Numbered from the stretch's first letter, positions 1-9,280 are shown. The stretch: DNA of 64,000 nt from an uncultured Thermodesulfobacteriota bacterium (GCA_964472295.1 CAYYJQ010000007.1:302-64301); one strand, 5' to 3'. Notes: generated from the sequence alone by a model not told the origin. Numbers and translations are program-made.

Positions 1-4
1 CCCC

Positions 5-796
5 TCATCCATATCCTCCCCTTAAGTCTATGAGCCTTATCCTGATAATATCGATAAACATCTTTACTGAATCTGTCATGGGATTAACGCTGGACTCCGA
101 GCTCTTTGCCCAGTGTATGGGAAATTCCACTATCTTGAACCCGAGTTTTCTTGCGAGATAAAGCAGTTCCACGTCAAAACTAAAGCCCGTCATGGTGACG
201 CGGCTGAATATACCGCGAGCGGCATCATTGCTGAAGGCCTTGAAGCCGCACTGCGTGTCGTGAATTCCCTTAACTGCAATTACGCGCACAAAGAGGTTGA
301 AGACTTTGCTCATGAGCCTCCTTAGAGGCGGTATCTCGGCCTGTATCATGGCGCCACGGGCCGTACGGGACCCTATGGCAACATCGGCCCTGCCTTCCCT
401 GATGAGACCAAGGGGTTTTTCAACCTCGCTTATAGGGTACGAGAGGTCCGCGTCAGTAAAGGCAACCACTGCCCCGTTTGCCGCGAGACATCCCTTTCGG
501 ACTGAAAAACCCTTGCCCATGTTGCGCTCGTTCTCCATGACCTTTATAACTTCAGGATGCCTTGCGGCCCTCTCATGGGCTATCTGCGCGGTCCTATCCG
601 TTGAGCCGTCAGAGATAACGATTATCTCAGAGGGAAGCCCCCTGCCCTCAAGGTAAGCCCATACCTCGTCAATAGTCTCACCAATGACCCGTTCTTCGTT
701 ATAGGCTGGTATGACTATGGACAGTTCCGGTGTCTTGCCCGTTTTTTTTTCTCCCATATCAGGCCCACCCAAGGAGTCTTGTAAGGAGCATGACAC
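5..796 (-). CDS. Family 2 glycosyltransferase (dolichol/polyprenol-phosphate mannosyltransferase-like)
   Basis: 263-aa ORF. N-terminal LSIVIPAYNEE motif and DxD region (FTDADL) typical of GT2 DPM1-like enzymes. An alternative start (MGEKK, ~757) would abut the upstream transporter gene. Confidence 0.75.
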   Translation of the reverse strand: MSCSLQDSLGGPDMGEKKTGKTPELSIVIPAYNEERVIGETIDEVWAYLEGRGLPSEIIVISDGSTDRTAQIAHERAARHPEVIKVMENERNMGKGFSVRKGCLAANGAVVAFTDADLSYPISEVEKPLGLIREGRADVAIGSRTARGAMIQAEIPPLRRLMSKVFNLFVRVIAVKGIHDTQCGFKAFSNDAARGIFSRVTMTGFSFDVELLYLARKLGFKIVEFPIHWAKSSESSVNPMTDSVKMFIDIIRIRLIDLRGGYG

Positions 797-2279
797 CTGT
801 TATTATGATGAAAAAGCCGCCAATATCAAAGAGAATGCCTCTTCGCACCATCTGTAATATGGGCACAAGGCCCGAGCCGTATACTATGGCGTTAGGCGGA
901 GTGCTCACAGGGAGCATGAACCCGAATGAGGCCCCGAGCGTGGCGCCAAGGGCAGGCGGAAGGGGCGATACCCCGGCGCCCTTTGCAATGGCTATCATGA
1001 CGGGTATTATCATGTTGGCAGAGGCCGTGTTCGAAGTGGTCTCGCTGAGTATGATGGCGAGAAGCGTGCCTATGGCCGTGATGCCAAATAGAGACGAGGC
1101 CCCGGTGAGGCCCGTAAGGGCGTCGCCAAGGAAAGAGGCGAGGCCTGTCTTGAACATGAGGGACCCGAGGCTTAGGCCGCCGCCAAAGAGGAGTATCGTG
1201 CCCCAGTCAATGCGCACGGCGCGCTTCCAGTCCATGGTGAACTCCCCTTCGTCAAGGGACACGGGGAGGATAAATAGCAGGGTGGCGGCTATGAGGGCAA
1301 CAACGCCAACGTTGAGCCTTGTAGAGAGGAGATGGGATAATGGCGCTGTCTTGCCGAGAAATATGCCCACGACGCTTGGCAGGACCCACAAAAACACGGC
1401 TATATAAAAACAGAGGGCTGTGTTCTTCTCGCCCCTTGTCCATGGGCCGAGTTCGCGCCTCGCCGAGTCTATGTACTTCTCAATTCCCTTGATATTTGCG
1501 CCCTTGAGGCCGCAACCGCTCCTCAGGATAAAAAAGAGATAGAGGAACATTACAGAGGTAATGGGCAGGGCGAAGACCATCCACTCGTAGAACGAAATCC
1601 TCACGCCCGCGAGCTGGTCCATCATGCCAAGGCCTATGACGTTGGGCGGCGTGCCTATAGGCGTGGCTATGCCCCCGACAGAGGCCCCGTAGGCCACCAT
1701 GAGCATCATAGCAGTTGAGAATTTCTTGAAGTCATAACCACCTCCTGCCCTGCTGTGAATATCTCGCATGGCGGCGAGGACGCCGAGGGCTATGGGGAGC
1801 ATCATGGCCGTTGACGCGGTGTTGCTGATACCCATGGATACGAGGGCCACCACGAGGCCTATTGTAAAGAGCACGCGCGAGGGCGACCTGTGAAGAAAGG
1901 GAACGGAGAAGATGGCGAAGGCAAAACGCCTGTCAAGTCCGTGCGTGGTGATGGCCTCGGCAAGAATAAAACTCCCGATAAATAGAAAGACAAGGGGATG
2001 GGCAAAGGGCGCGAAAACCACCTTTGCCGGGGCCACGCCAAGGACGACGTTCAGGAGGGCGCCAAGCATGGCAGAGACAGGTATGGGTATGGTCTCAGTG
2101 AGCCAGAGGACGATTACAAGGCCCGTGACAGCCGTGAGTCTGTGCTGAACAGGCGTCATGGCGCCAAGGGGCACAAAGTAGAGGAGGAAAAACACAAGAG
2201 GCGCGAGAAAAAACCCCGATACCTTTCTCAACCTCTCGGCCCGTTCCTCTGCTGGAGAGAGCACTTCCTTGTAAGTCAT
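759..2279 (-). CDS. DASS/SLC13-family sodium-coupled anion (di/tricarboxylate or sulfate) symporter
   Basis: 506-aa polytopic membrane protein with duplicated halves and conserved S-N-T-A-x and PPN motifs of the divalent anion:Na+ symporter family. Confidence 0.85.
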   Translation of the reverse strand: MTYKEVLSPAEERAERLRKVSGFFLAPLVFFLLYFVPLGAMTPVQHRLTAVTGLVIVLWLTETIPIPVSAMLGALLNVVLGVAPAKVVFAPFAHPLVFLFIGSFILAEAITTHGLDRRFAFAIFSVPFLHRSPSRVLFTIGLVVALVSMGISNTASTAMMLPIALGVLAAMRDIHSRAGGGYDFKKFSTAMMLMVAYGASVGGIATPIGTPPNVIGLGMMDQLAGVRISFYEWMVFALPITSVMFLYLFFILRSGCGLKGANIKGIEKYIDSARRELGPWTRGEKNTALCFYIAVFLWVLPSVVGIFLGKTAPLSHLLSTRLNVGVVALIAATLLFILPVSLDEGEFTMDWKRAVRIDWGTILLFGGGLSLGSLMFKTGLASFLGDALTGLTGASSLFGITAIGTLLAIILSETTSNTASANMIIPVMIAIAKGAGVSPLPPALGATLGASFGFMLPVSTPPNAIVYGSGLVPILQMVRRGILFDIGGFFIIITGVMLLTRLLGWA

Positions 2280-2504
2280 GGGTATTCCTTCAGGGTGAGG
2301 CTATGGGGCAGTTGGTTTTACTGAATTTTCAAAGGGGAATTTCATATATAAGGGAGAAGAGACTCTAAAGGTGGATAAGGGCGCATGTGAAGGTAAATAA
2401 ACCACTTTAAAAGAAGAGCGGCCCTGGTAGCATTTTAAGATTACGCAGGGAATCGTCAGGGTCCCTCACCTCACCTCTGAGTGCCTGTCCCCGAGTGGCT
2501 TGTA

Positions 2505-2735
2505 TTACTGGCCAGCCTCTTCGGCCTCGGCGGCCTCGACAAGTTCCCCTACGAACATGTCAAGGTCTGTTGAGTGCATGGAGCAGGCCATTGATATTGG
2601 TTCTGTGCCAAAGGCCGGGCAGGTAAAGCACCCTGAGCCAAAGTGGCGCGTAAAGACCTCTTTTGTGGAGGGCCAGCGCTCGGTGACCTCTCCTGTAGTC
2701 ATCTCTCCGGTGATATTTATCTCAGACATGAACAT
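2505..2735 (-). CDS. DUF1858-type small redox-disulfide protein
   Basis: 76-aa ORF with a GCFTCP (CxxC) motif. Resembles hybrid-cluster-protein-associated DUF1858 proteins. Confidence 0.5.
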   Translation of the reverse strand: MFMSEINITGEMTTGEVTERWPSTKEVFTRHFGSGCFTCPAFGTEPISMACSMHSTDLDMFVGELVEAAEAEEAGQ

Positions 2736-2873
2736 GCTCCTTTATATTCATATTTTTGTATTACAGGTGGTTACGTCATTATATTATATGGTTTTGCCAT
2801 GCGAAAAATCAAATAAAAAAGAAGAGGGCCGACTTTAGTCAGCCCCCCTCATAAGTTTTTTTATCACCCCGTA

Positions 2874-3416
2874 TTATTCAGGCATTATAGAAATTCCAGG
2901 CTTGCCGGCGAGTTTTATGAACTCAGCCTTGCTGTTATCTGACTCGAAGTACCAGACCCGGCCCGAGGCGTCGGCAAAAGGCACGGCCTCGGCCTTGTCC
3001 ACGACCTTGCCGCTGTATGGGTCGCGGGCGAAACGCGCCGAGGGGTTGAGCCTCAAGTTTTCCGCGCATCCATCGCAGGCGCCGTAGTAGGTCTTGCCGT
3101 CAATGAGTATACCCTTTTGCGGTGTGCGCTCATGTGTGTTCGTGACCATGCAGATCTCGGCCGGGTTTACCTTTCTGAGCCATGCGGCTGGCTGGCCCGC
3201 GTCCACGCTGACCTCGGTGAAAGACGAACGAAGGGCCTCCTGACGCCTGGCGGCAAGGTAATTGGCGCGGATGGTCTGGAGTTTCAGCATGGCCGTTGTG
3301 TTATGGGGACTTGAACTCGAAAGGGCCGTGCCGCGTCCGATAAAGAGACTTGCCACGAGAAAGAGAGAGAGCGTGAGGGTTGAGATTAAAGGCCTTTTGA
3401 TTAAGAACTTTTTCAT
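2874..3416 (-). CDS. Secreted hypothetical protein with tandem degenerate YHS-like modules
   Basis: 180 aa with an N-terminal signal peptide (MKKFLIKRPLISTLTLSLFLVASLF). Segment DPYSGKVVDKAEAVPFADASGRVWYFESDNSKAEF matches the YHS consensus but the Cys are replaced. Upstream half KTYYGACDGCAENL retains Cys. Confidence 0.5.
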   Translation of the reverse strand: MKKFLIKRPLISTLTLSLFLVASLFIGRGTALSSSSPHNTTAMLKLQTIRANYLAARRQEALRSSFTEVSVDAGQPAAWLRKVNPAEICMVTNTHERTPQKGILIDGKTYYGACDGCAENLRLNPSARFARDPYSGKVVDKAEAVPFADASGRVWYFESDNSKAEFIKLAGKPGISIMPE

Positions 3417-3759
3417 GGTGAATCTCCCTGTTGTTGAGACTATTCCACGTACCTGGAGACCTCTGAAAATTCACAAACTTCACCTTGCAGAGGCCCCTGC
3501 CCTTGGCGGATACTTTTTAAAGTTGGGGGATAATAGCATTTCCCGGAAAAAAAAACAAGGGCGTCTTTCGGCGGGGAGGAGGCGCGGAGGGCGCAAAAAA
3601 AGCCGAGAAGGAAGGAATGTCCTTTTCAGCCAAGTAATTATTGTATTTGTCCTTGAGTCACTGTAGCGGGGTTTAAGACGGCCCGCGCGTCTGCCCCCCC
3701 TGCAGCGCCAGCCCTGCGCCTGTTGCCCTCACTCACTGTGCGCCGTTTCGGCCAGAGGC

Positions 3760-3885
3760 CATTAACGCACCCGTTGGACCATTGCACCCCCCTTGCCCCG
3801 CTTGCACCCGTTGGCCCCGTTGACCCGTTGTGCCACGAAGTCATTAACGCCATCTACCCCCCCTGCCCCGTTGCCCGGTTGGCCC
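3760..3885. repeat. Degenerate tandem CCCGTTG heptamer array with ATTAACGC-anchored duplication
   Basis: CACCCGTTGG 3768-3777. GCACCCGTTGG 3805-3815. GCCCCGTTGA 3814-3823. ACCCGTTGTG 3823-3832. GCCCCGTTGCC 3866-3876. CCCGGTTGG 3875-3883. ATTAACGC at 3761 and 3843. Confidence 0.6.
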
Positions 3886-3886
3886 C

Positions 3887-4165
3887 TTATTTGAGGAACT
3901 GGAGGCCCATCTTAAACTTATTGTTTACGGCCTTGGTCCAGCGCACCTCGGCGATGCAGGGCACCTGTACTTCCGTGTACTTAAGGTCCAGCCAGAGCGT
4001 TATGACCCTTCCGGGGTCAAGGACCTTCTCGCTCTGAATACAGGCTCCAGCGGAACTTACGTCCACGATGTCGGCGTCAACAGGCTCGGTGTTCTGGTCA
4101 AAACTATTGACCTCGTACCAGCTTGCCTTATGAACTGGGGTCCTTGGAAAACCTCTGTCAAGCAC
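3887..4165 (-). CDS. PilZ-domain protein (putative c-di-GMP receptor)
   Basis: 92-aa ORF with a DVSSAGACI (D-x-S-x-G-G-like) motif and upstream Arg residues characteristic of PilZ. Confidence 0.55.
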   Translation of the reverse strand: MLDRGFPRTPVHKASWYEVNSFDQNTEPVDADIVDVSSAGACIQSEKVLDPGRVITLWLDLKYTEVQVPCIAEVRWTKAVNNKFKMGLQFLK

Positions 4166-4264
4166 TTCTAACCTCCGGTGTTTACCAACTTATATATCAA
4201 GAGGGAGTGAAAGTCAATCCCCCAATGGTGGGATATGGTATTTTTTTTGAAAAAAATGGTTAAT

Positions 4265-5035
4265 CTACCTTCCAAGGCTCGATATTACAAATGTTACGAT
4301 AAAGAAGAAGGAGCAGAGCAGGATAAAGACAGGGCCAGGCGGCTGGTGTGCCAGCCTTGAGATGATTATGCCCATGACCGCGGCGGCCACGCCGAATATC
4401 ATGCTCCACTTCATATATCCCCTGATGCTCCTTGATATGTTCTTTGCCGAGGCCGCGGGCACTATTACAAGGGAGCCCATCATGAGCGCACCCACAAAGC
4501 GTATGCCCTGGGCCACTGAGACGGCGAAGATGAGGAGGTATACAAGGTCCATTAGTTTTGTCCTTATGCCAACGGAGTGGGCTATCTCAGGGGAAATCAT
4601 GTTAAGGGTAATGGTCTTGTATATCATGAGGACAACGGCTATGAGCAAGATAGAGATGATTATGGAAGCCAGCGACTCTGTCCAGCCAAGGTCGAGTATA
4701 TTACCGAAGAGGGCCTCCAGTAGTTCGTGCTCCGGGGTAATAAGGGCTCCAAGGGCGAGGCTTGAGGTAAAGAATACTCCCACAATGGTGTCTATTGGCA
4801 GAGTGGACCTGTTCTGCACGGCCCATATGCCGAGCACCGCCGCGATGAGGAAAACAAGGGCGCCTATAAAGGGGTTGATGTTAAAAAGAAGAGCAATGGC
4901 AAGGCCGGGAAGGGCCACGTGAGAGAGGGCGTCTCCCACGAGGGCCATTCTCTTGAGCACGGCAAAGGAACCGAGAAGGCTCGCCGCGGCGGCCACGAAT
5001 GCGGCCACTATTATGGGCAGGATTATCTCATGCAT
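4265..5035 (-). CDS. znuB: Metal (Zn/Mn) ABC transporter permease, ABC-3 family
   Basis: 256-aa polytopic membrane protein with ZnuB/MntB-like sequence. Directly downstream of the ATPase gene. Confidence 0.8.
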   Translation of the reverse strand: MHEIILPIIVAAFVAAAASLLGSFAVLKRMALVGDALSHVALPGLAIALLFNINPFIGALVFLIAAVLGIWAVQNRSTLPIDTIVGVFFTSSLALGALITPEHELLEALFGNILDLGWTESLASIIISILLIAVVLMIYKTITLNMISPEIAHSVGIRTKLMDLVYLLIFAVSVAQGIRFVGALMMGSLVIVPAASAKNISRSIRGYMKWSMIFGVAAAVMGIIISRLAHQPPGPVFILLCSFFFIVTFVISSLGR

Positions 5036-5062
5036 ATTAGCGTATCTCTCTCCAGTCCATTA

Positions 5063-5752
5063 TCAGCCGTGCCTGTGCTTGAAGAAGGCGTTCTCCCCGC
5101 CATAGAGGCGCTGGAGTTGGGCTGGTGTAAGGACCTCTCTTGGTTTGCCTATGCAGAGGGTCTTCCTGTTTATGCAGAGGACCATTGCCGCGTGCGAGTA
5201 CACAACATTGAGGTCATGTGATACGAGTATCACCGTAAGGCCGAGGTTGTCCTTCAAGTGGGTTATCATGTTATAGATTGATTCCTGCCCGGTAACGTCA
5301 ATATCCGCCGTGGGCTCGTCGAAGAGGAGCACATCGGGCTCGCCAAGAACCGCCCATGCCACGAGCACCCTCTGGCGCTGTCCCACGGAGACCTCTCCAA
5401 AGCCTTCTTTTAGTATGGAGGGGTCGAGCTGGACATAATCAAGGACAACCTTTATGCGCTCCTCGCCGGGCTTATCGCGCCTGAGTCCGAAGAATTCCCT
5501 TACCGTAAGGGGTATGTCTGTCTCAATATCAAGGCGCTGGGGCACATAGCCTTTTTTAGTTCCAGTCTGCCACGTTATTTTGCCAGTTGAGGGAATAAGA
5601 CCGAGAAGGGCCTTCAGAAGCACAGTCTTCCCTGCCCCATTGGGACCGATGACGGCAAGTATGGAGTTTTTCTCAAGGGTAAAACTGAGGTTCTCGAGGA
5701 CATTGACCCCGCCAATCTCCACGCTCATATCCCTGACTTCGAGTAGGCTCAT
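5063..5752 (-). CDS. znuC: Metal ABC transporter ATP-binding protein
   Basis: Walker A GPNGAGKT, signature and Walker B LLFDEP. ZnuC/MntA-like. Confidence 0.85.
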   Translation of the reverse strand: MSLLEVRDMSVEIGGVNVLENLSFTLEKNSILAVIGPNGAGKTVLLKALLGLIPSTGKITWQTGTKKGYVPQRLDIETDIPLTVREFFGLRRDKPGEERIKVVLDYVQLDPSILKEGFGEVSVGQRQRVLVAWAVLGEPDVLLFDEPTADIDVTGQESIYNMITHLKDNLGLTVILVSHDLNVVYSHAAMVLCINRKTLCIGKPREVLTPAQLQRLYGGENAFFKHRHG

Positions 5753-5831
5753 AGCCTTACAATATCATATGTAGAGAACATCTGTGTCAAGGTTTTATTT
5801 GAGTGCCCTGAAAATAGGGCATATTTAGCCC

Positions 5832-5878
5832 TTGACAAAAACCAGGCCTCATGTAATATAGTAAGTGCTTACTTACTA
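5832..5878 (+). promoter_or_regulatory. Candidate sigma70 promoter of tetR with overlapping palindromic operator
   Basis: TTGACA (5832-5837), 16-nt spacer, TAATAT (5854-5859). Perfect 8-4-8 inverted repeat TAGTAAGT-gctt-ACTTACTA at 5859-5878 overlapping -10/+1. 37 nt upstream of the tetR TTG start. Confidence 0.5.
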
Positions 5879-5914
5879 TTATCGATTGAGTTTTGGAATT
5901 TGGAGGTATAATTC

Positions 5915-6535
5915 TTGGGAACAGCGCCAAAAAAGAGGCTCTCCGCTGAGAAGAGAAAAGATCAGATAGTGCGCATAGCCACTGACCTCTTCGTAAAGAA
6001 GGGCTTCAAGGGCGCCACCACAAGGGAGATAGCCCGGAGGGCCGACATCAGCGAGGCCGTCATATACAAGTACTTCGCCAGAAAAGAGGACCTCTACAGG
6101 GCCATCATAGACAACAGGTGCGATGACGACCGCGGGAGATCACGCCTCTTCAGCGAACTTGAGGGCAAGGAGGGTCAAGACCTCTTCCGTGCCGTGGCCC
6201 TCTTTCTCATAAATGAGCATACCAGAGACCAGACCCTCATGAGGCTCCTCATGCGGAGCGCCCTTGAGAGGCAGGACCTCTCGGGTGTATTCATCAGGAC
6301 AAAGGGCCTTGACCTTATCGAGATTCTTGAGAAGAATATAAAGGTACTTCAGGAAGAGGGCTCTTTCAGGGAGATGAACCCAGGGCTCGCGGCAAGGGCC
6401 TTTCTTGGCATGGTCCTTCATTATGTCATGACGCAGGAGATATACGGGCTCAAGAAATACTATAGTTTTTCCGCCGAAGAGGCGGCCCTCACCTTTGTGG
6501 ACATATTCTTTGACGGTATCAGCAGGAGGCGGTAA
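5915..6535 (+). CDS. TetR/AcrR family transcriptional regulator
   Basis: N-terminal TetR HTH (IATDLFVKKGFKGATTREIARRADISEAVIYKYF). TTG start at 5915 with GGAGG RBS at 5902-5906. Divergent from znuC and upstream of efflux genes. Confidence 0.85.
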   Translation: MGTAPKKRLSAEKRKDQIVRIATDLFVKKGFKGATTREIARRADISEAVIYKYFARKEDLYRAIIDNRCDDDRGRSRLFSELEGKEGQDLFRAVALFLINEHTRDQTLMRLLMRSALERQDLSGVFIRTKGLDLIEILEKNIKVLQEEGSFREMNPGLAARAFLGMVLHYVMTQEIYGLKKYYSFSAEEAALTFVDIFFDGISRRR

Positions 6536-7866
6536 TGGATGACGTTCGTTTTACAGGAGGCCCTTCTTTTATCAAGAGACAGGTCTTCTCATTCTCCCTT
6601 GTTATCTTTATGGGCTTTTTCAGCGCCCTCCCGGCCCTTGGCGGTGAGAATAATATCATAACCCTCCATGATGCCTACCGCCTCTCTGTCCTCGGGCACG
6701 AGAACGTGCGCATCGCCGACGAGGAGGTTTTCCTCGCAAGGACTGACATCAGAAAGGCAGACGCCGAGTTCTTGCCGAGCATAACGGCAGAGGGGAGCTT
6801 TGAGAAGTTCACGACCAATAAACGGGCAAGCGGGTTTCTCCTTCAGCCAGACGATAGCAGGCTCTTGAACCTCATCATCAGCGTTCCAGTATTCAAGGGC
6901 GGAGCCGCATGGCACGGCAGAAAGGCCAGCGTTCTCTCCCTTGAAAAGTCGCGAAAGAGCCTGAAGTCTGCCTCGGAAAATATCATGCGCGACACAGCGA
7001 CAGCCTTCTTTGGCCTTCTCAAGGCCTTGAAGGACGTGGAGATAGAGAAGGCCGCGCTGGAACGCTCGGAAAAACGCCGGGAGGTGGCGTCCGCGAGGTT
7101 CGAGGTGGGCGAGGTCACGAAATCCGACCTCCTTCGGGCCGAGTCCGAGGTGGCGGGTTCGCAGGCCGCCCTTATATCCGCCAGGAGCGCGCTCCGTAAC
7201 GCCAGAAACGTCTTCAGGCGCTTTGTCCCTCTTGAGGGAGAGTTCACCCTGAAAGACCCTGGCATTCAGCCCCCCTCTTCCATGGACCCCGAGGAACTCA
7301 TAAGGACAGCCTACAAGAACAGGCTCGACCTCACGGAAACCCGCCTTGACAGGGAAATAGCCGATATGGGCGTCAAGCAGGCATGGTCAGGTTTCTTGCC
7401 CACAGTCAGGGTGGACGGCACTTATATCCGCAGGGACAGAAACCCGTCCACGAGTTTTCTCCTGAAGGAATCCATCTCCGCAACAGCCGTGCTCACCTAT
7501 CCTATCTTCGAGGGCGGCCTGCGTCTTGCCGAACTCAATGAGGCAAAGGCCAATCTCAGGATAGAGGGTCTAAGGCTCCGCTCGTTGAAAAAAGACATTA
7601 TCGTGGAGGTAAGGCAGGCCTTTAACGATGTCCGCGAGAAGGAGGCCATCATAAAATCCCTTGAGCGGCAGTTGAAGTTCGCCCGCGAGAACTACCGCAT
7701 GGTCTTCGAGCAGTTCAAGAGCGGCGTTGCAACCAATGTCGATGTCACAGACGCCAACACAGAACTCCTTACAGCCGACAGGTCTCTCATGAACGCCCGC
7801 TTTGACCTTGAACTCGCGATAGTGGAACTCAAGTACGCCACTGGCACGCTACATAACGAAATATAG
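6535..7866 (+). CDS. TolC-family outer membrane efflux protein
   Basis: 443 aa with a signal-like hydrophobic segment and two repeats of the outer membrane factor coiled-coil/beta-barrel pattern. ATG overlaps the tetR stop. Confidence 0.85.
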   Translation: MDDVRFTGGPSFIKRQVFSFSLVIFMGFFSALPALGGENNIITLHDAYRLSVLGHENVRIADEEVFLARTDIRKADAEFLPSITAEGSFEKFTTNKRASGFLLQPDDSRLLNLIISVPVFKGGAAWHGRKASVLSLEKSRKSLKSASENIMRDTATAFFGLLKALKDVEIEKAALERSEKRREVASARFEVGEVTKSDLLRAESEVAGSQAALISARSALRNARNVFRRFVPLEGEFTLKDPGIQPPSSMDPEELIRTAYKNRLDLTETRLDREIADMGVKQAWSGFLPTVRVDGTYIRRDRNPSTSFLLKESISATAVLTYPIFEGGLRLAELNEAKANLRIEGLRLRSLKKDIIVEVRQAFNDVREKEAIIKSLERQLKFARENYRMVFEQFKSGVATNVDVTDANTELLTADRSLMNARFDLELAIVELKYATGTLHNEI

Positions 7867-7915
7867 GCGCCGTTTCCATCTTTCATAAACACGCTATACA
7901 CGCGGAGTCCTTGAC

Positions 7916-9022
7916 ATGCCCAGACACCTTAAACTAGTAGCCCCCCTCCTGCTTCTCTCTCTTCTCATCTGGTGTTCCCCTGCCCCAGGTGCGGATAAAA
8001 AACCTGGCCGCCAAAAGAGACCAGGCGGCCCTCCCCCATCAAAGGTCCTCGTCGCAACTCTTCAAGAAGGCAGAATATCCCCCCAGGCCCGTTTCACAGG
8101 GACAATATACTTCAAGGAAGTCTCGAATATGGCCGCCGAGACCAACGGCAAGGTGCGCTCCGTGCGCTTTGACGAGGGAAGACATGTGAAAAAAGGCTCA
8201 GTCCTCGTCTCGCTCAACGCGGATATGCTCAAAAAGGAACTTGAGGCAAAGAAGGCCTCGCGAGCCGAGGTCCTATCCGAGATAGAGAAGGCAAGGGGCG
8301 ATTTTGAGAGGGCCTCGGGTCTCTTCAAGAAAAAACTCCTCTCCGCAAAGGACTACGACCAGTACAGGTTCGCCCTTGAAGGACTTAGAAACAGGGCCGA
8401 CTCGCTCAGGGCCGAGATAGACCGCCTTGCCATAGAACTATCGTACAAGAACGTGCGCGCTCCCTTTGACGGAGTCGTGCTGGAGAAAAAAATACAACGC
8501 GGCGAATGGGTAAATCCCGGCACAGTCGTGGCCACGGTAGCCGATGACAGCGAGGTGGACCTCATCGTGAACGTGCCCCAGTCCGCCCTTGACTTCATAA
8601 GGCGCGGCCTCGTCGTAAACGTATCAGCCGGCAAAAAAACCTACAGGGCGCACGTCTTCGCCGTTGTCCCAAAGGGTGACATCAGGACACGGACCTTTCC
8701 CGTGCGTATACGCATAAAGAACCGCGACAGGACCCTTCGCGAGGGCATGGAGGCCGGCGTCATGCTACCTGTGGGAAAAAAGATAAAGGCCCTCCTTGTA
8801 AACCGCGACGCCATCACATCTGTCATGGGCCAGACCGCTGTCTTCGCCGTGCTCAAGGGAAAGGCCGTGATGACGCCCATAAAGGTCACGGGCTTTAAGG
8901 GCCAACTCGCCGGCATCACGGGCCCGGGCCTCAGGCCAGGCATGAATATAGTCATAAAAGGCAACGAACGGCTCCGCCCCGGCCAACCCGTGACAATAAT
9001 AAAGGACAGAAAAAGAAGATAA
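7916..9022 (+). CDS. Efflux RND periplasmic adaptor (membrane fusion protein, HlyD/AcrA family)
   Basis: 368 aa with signal/anchor, coiled-coil hairpin and beta-barrel/lipoyl regions typical of MFPs. RBS GGAG at 7904. Confidence 0.85.
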   Translation: MPRHLKLVAPLLLLSLLIWCSPAPGADKKPGRQKRPGGPPPSKVLVATLQEGRISPQARFTGTIYFKEVSNMAAETNGKVRSVRFDEGRHVKKGSVLVSLNADMLKKELEAKKASRAEVLSEIEKARGDFERASGLFKKKLLSAKDYDQYRFALEGLRNRADSLRAEIDRLAIELSYKNVRAPFDGVVLEKKIQRGEWVNPGTVVATVADDSEVDLIVNVPQSALDFIRRGLVVNVSAGKKTYRAHVFAVVPKGDIRTRTFPVRIRIKNRDRTLREGMEAGVMLPVGKKIKALLVNRDAITSVMGQTAVFAVLKGKAVMTPIKVTGFKGQLAGITGPGLRPGMNIVIKGNERLRPGQPVTIIKDRKRR

Positions 9023-9037
9023 AAAAAGAAAGGGTGC

Positions 9038-9280
9038 AGGGGCGGGCTTCGCCCGCCAAAAGAAAAAAATTTCCTTACTTTCTTTTAGAAAAAAGAAAGT
9101 TTTTCAATCGTAACGTACAGGCCCTTGTTCTTATGAGACCTGCGCCTTTATAGGCGAAATCTTCACATAAGCGGCTACGTCAAAGAAAACCAATAGGACT
9201 TGGCGCTCAATAGCGGTAGGGTGGGCACTGCCCACCAAACAAAAAAGGCAACAAAAGAGTGAGAAGCGGGCCTTGCCCGC
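9038..9280. repeat. Family-1 mosaic palindromic repeat cluster (modules A', D, A, A') between RND adaptor and pump genes
   Basis: GGGCGGGCTTCGCCCGCC 9038-9056. D hairpin CCTTACTTTCTTTTAGAAAAAAGAAAGT 9072-9099. D tail CAAAGAAAACCAA 9181-9193. GGTGGGCACTGCCCACC 9220-9236. GCGGGCCTTGCCCGC 9266-9280. Confidence 0.8.

Noticed and set aside
3262-4037. ORFs 3262-3666(+), 3638-3853(-) and 3723-4037(+) in the ORF-less spacer
   Set aside because: The 3262-3666(+) ORF overlaps the secreted-protein gene antisense. The other two are proline/arginine-rich translations of the C-rich/G-rich repeat tract. No start context or similarity supports them.
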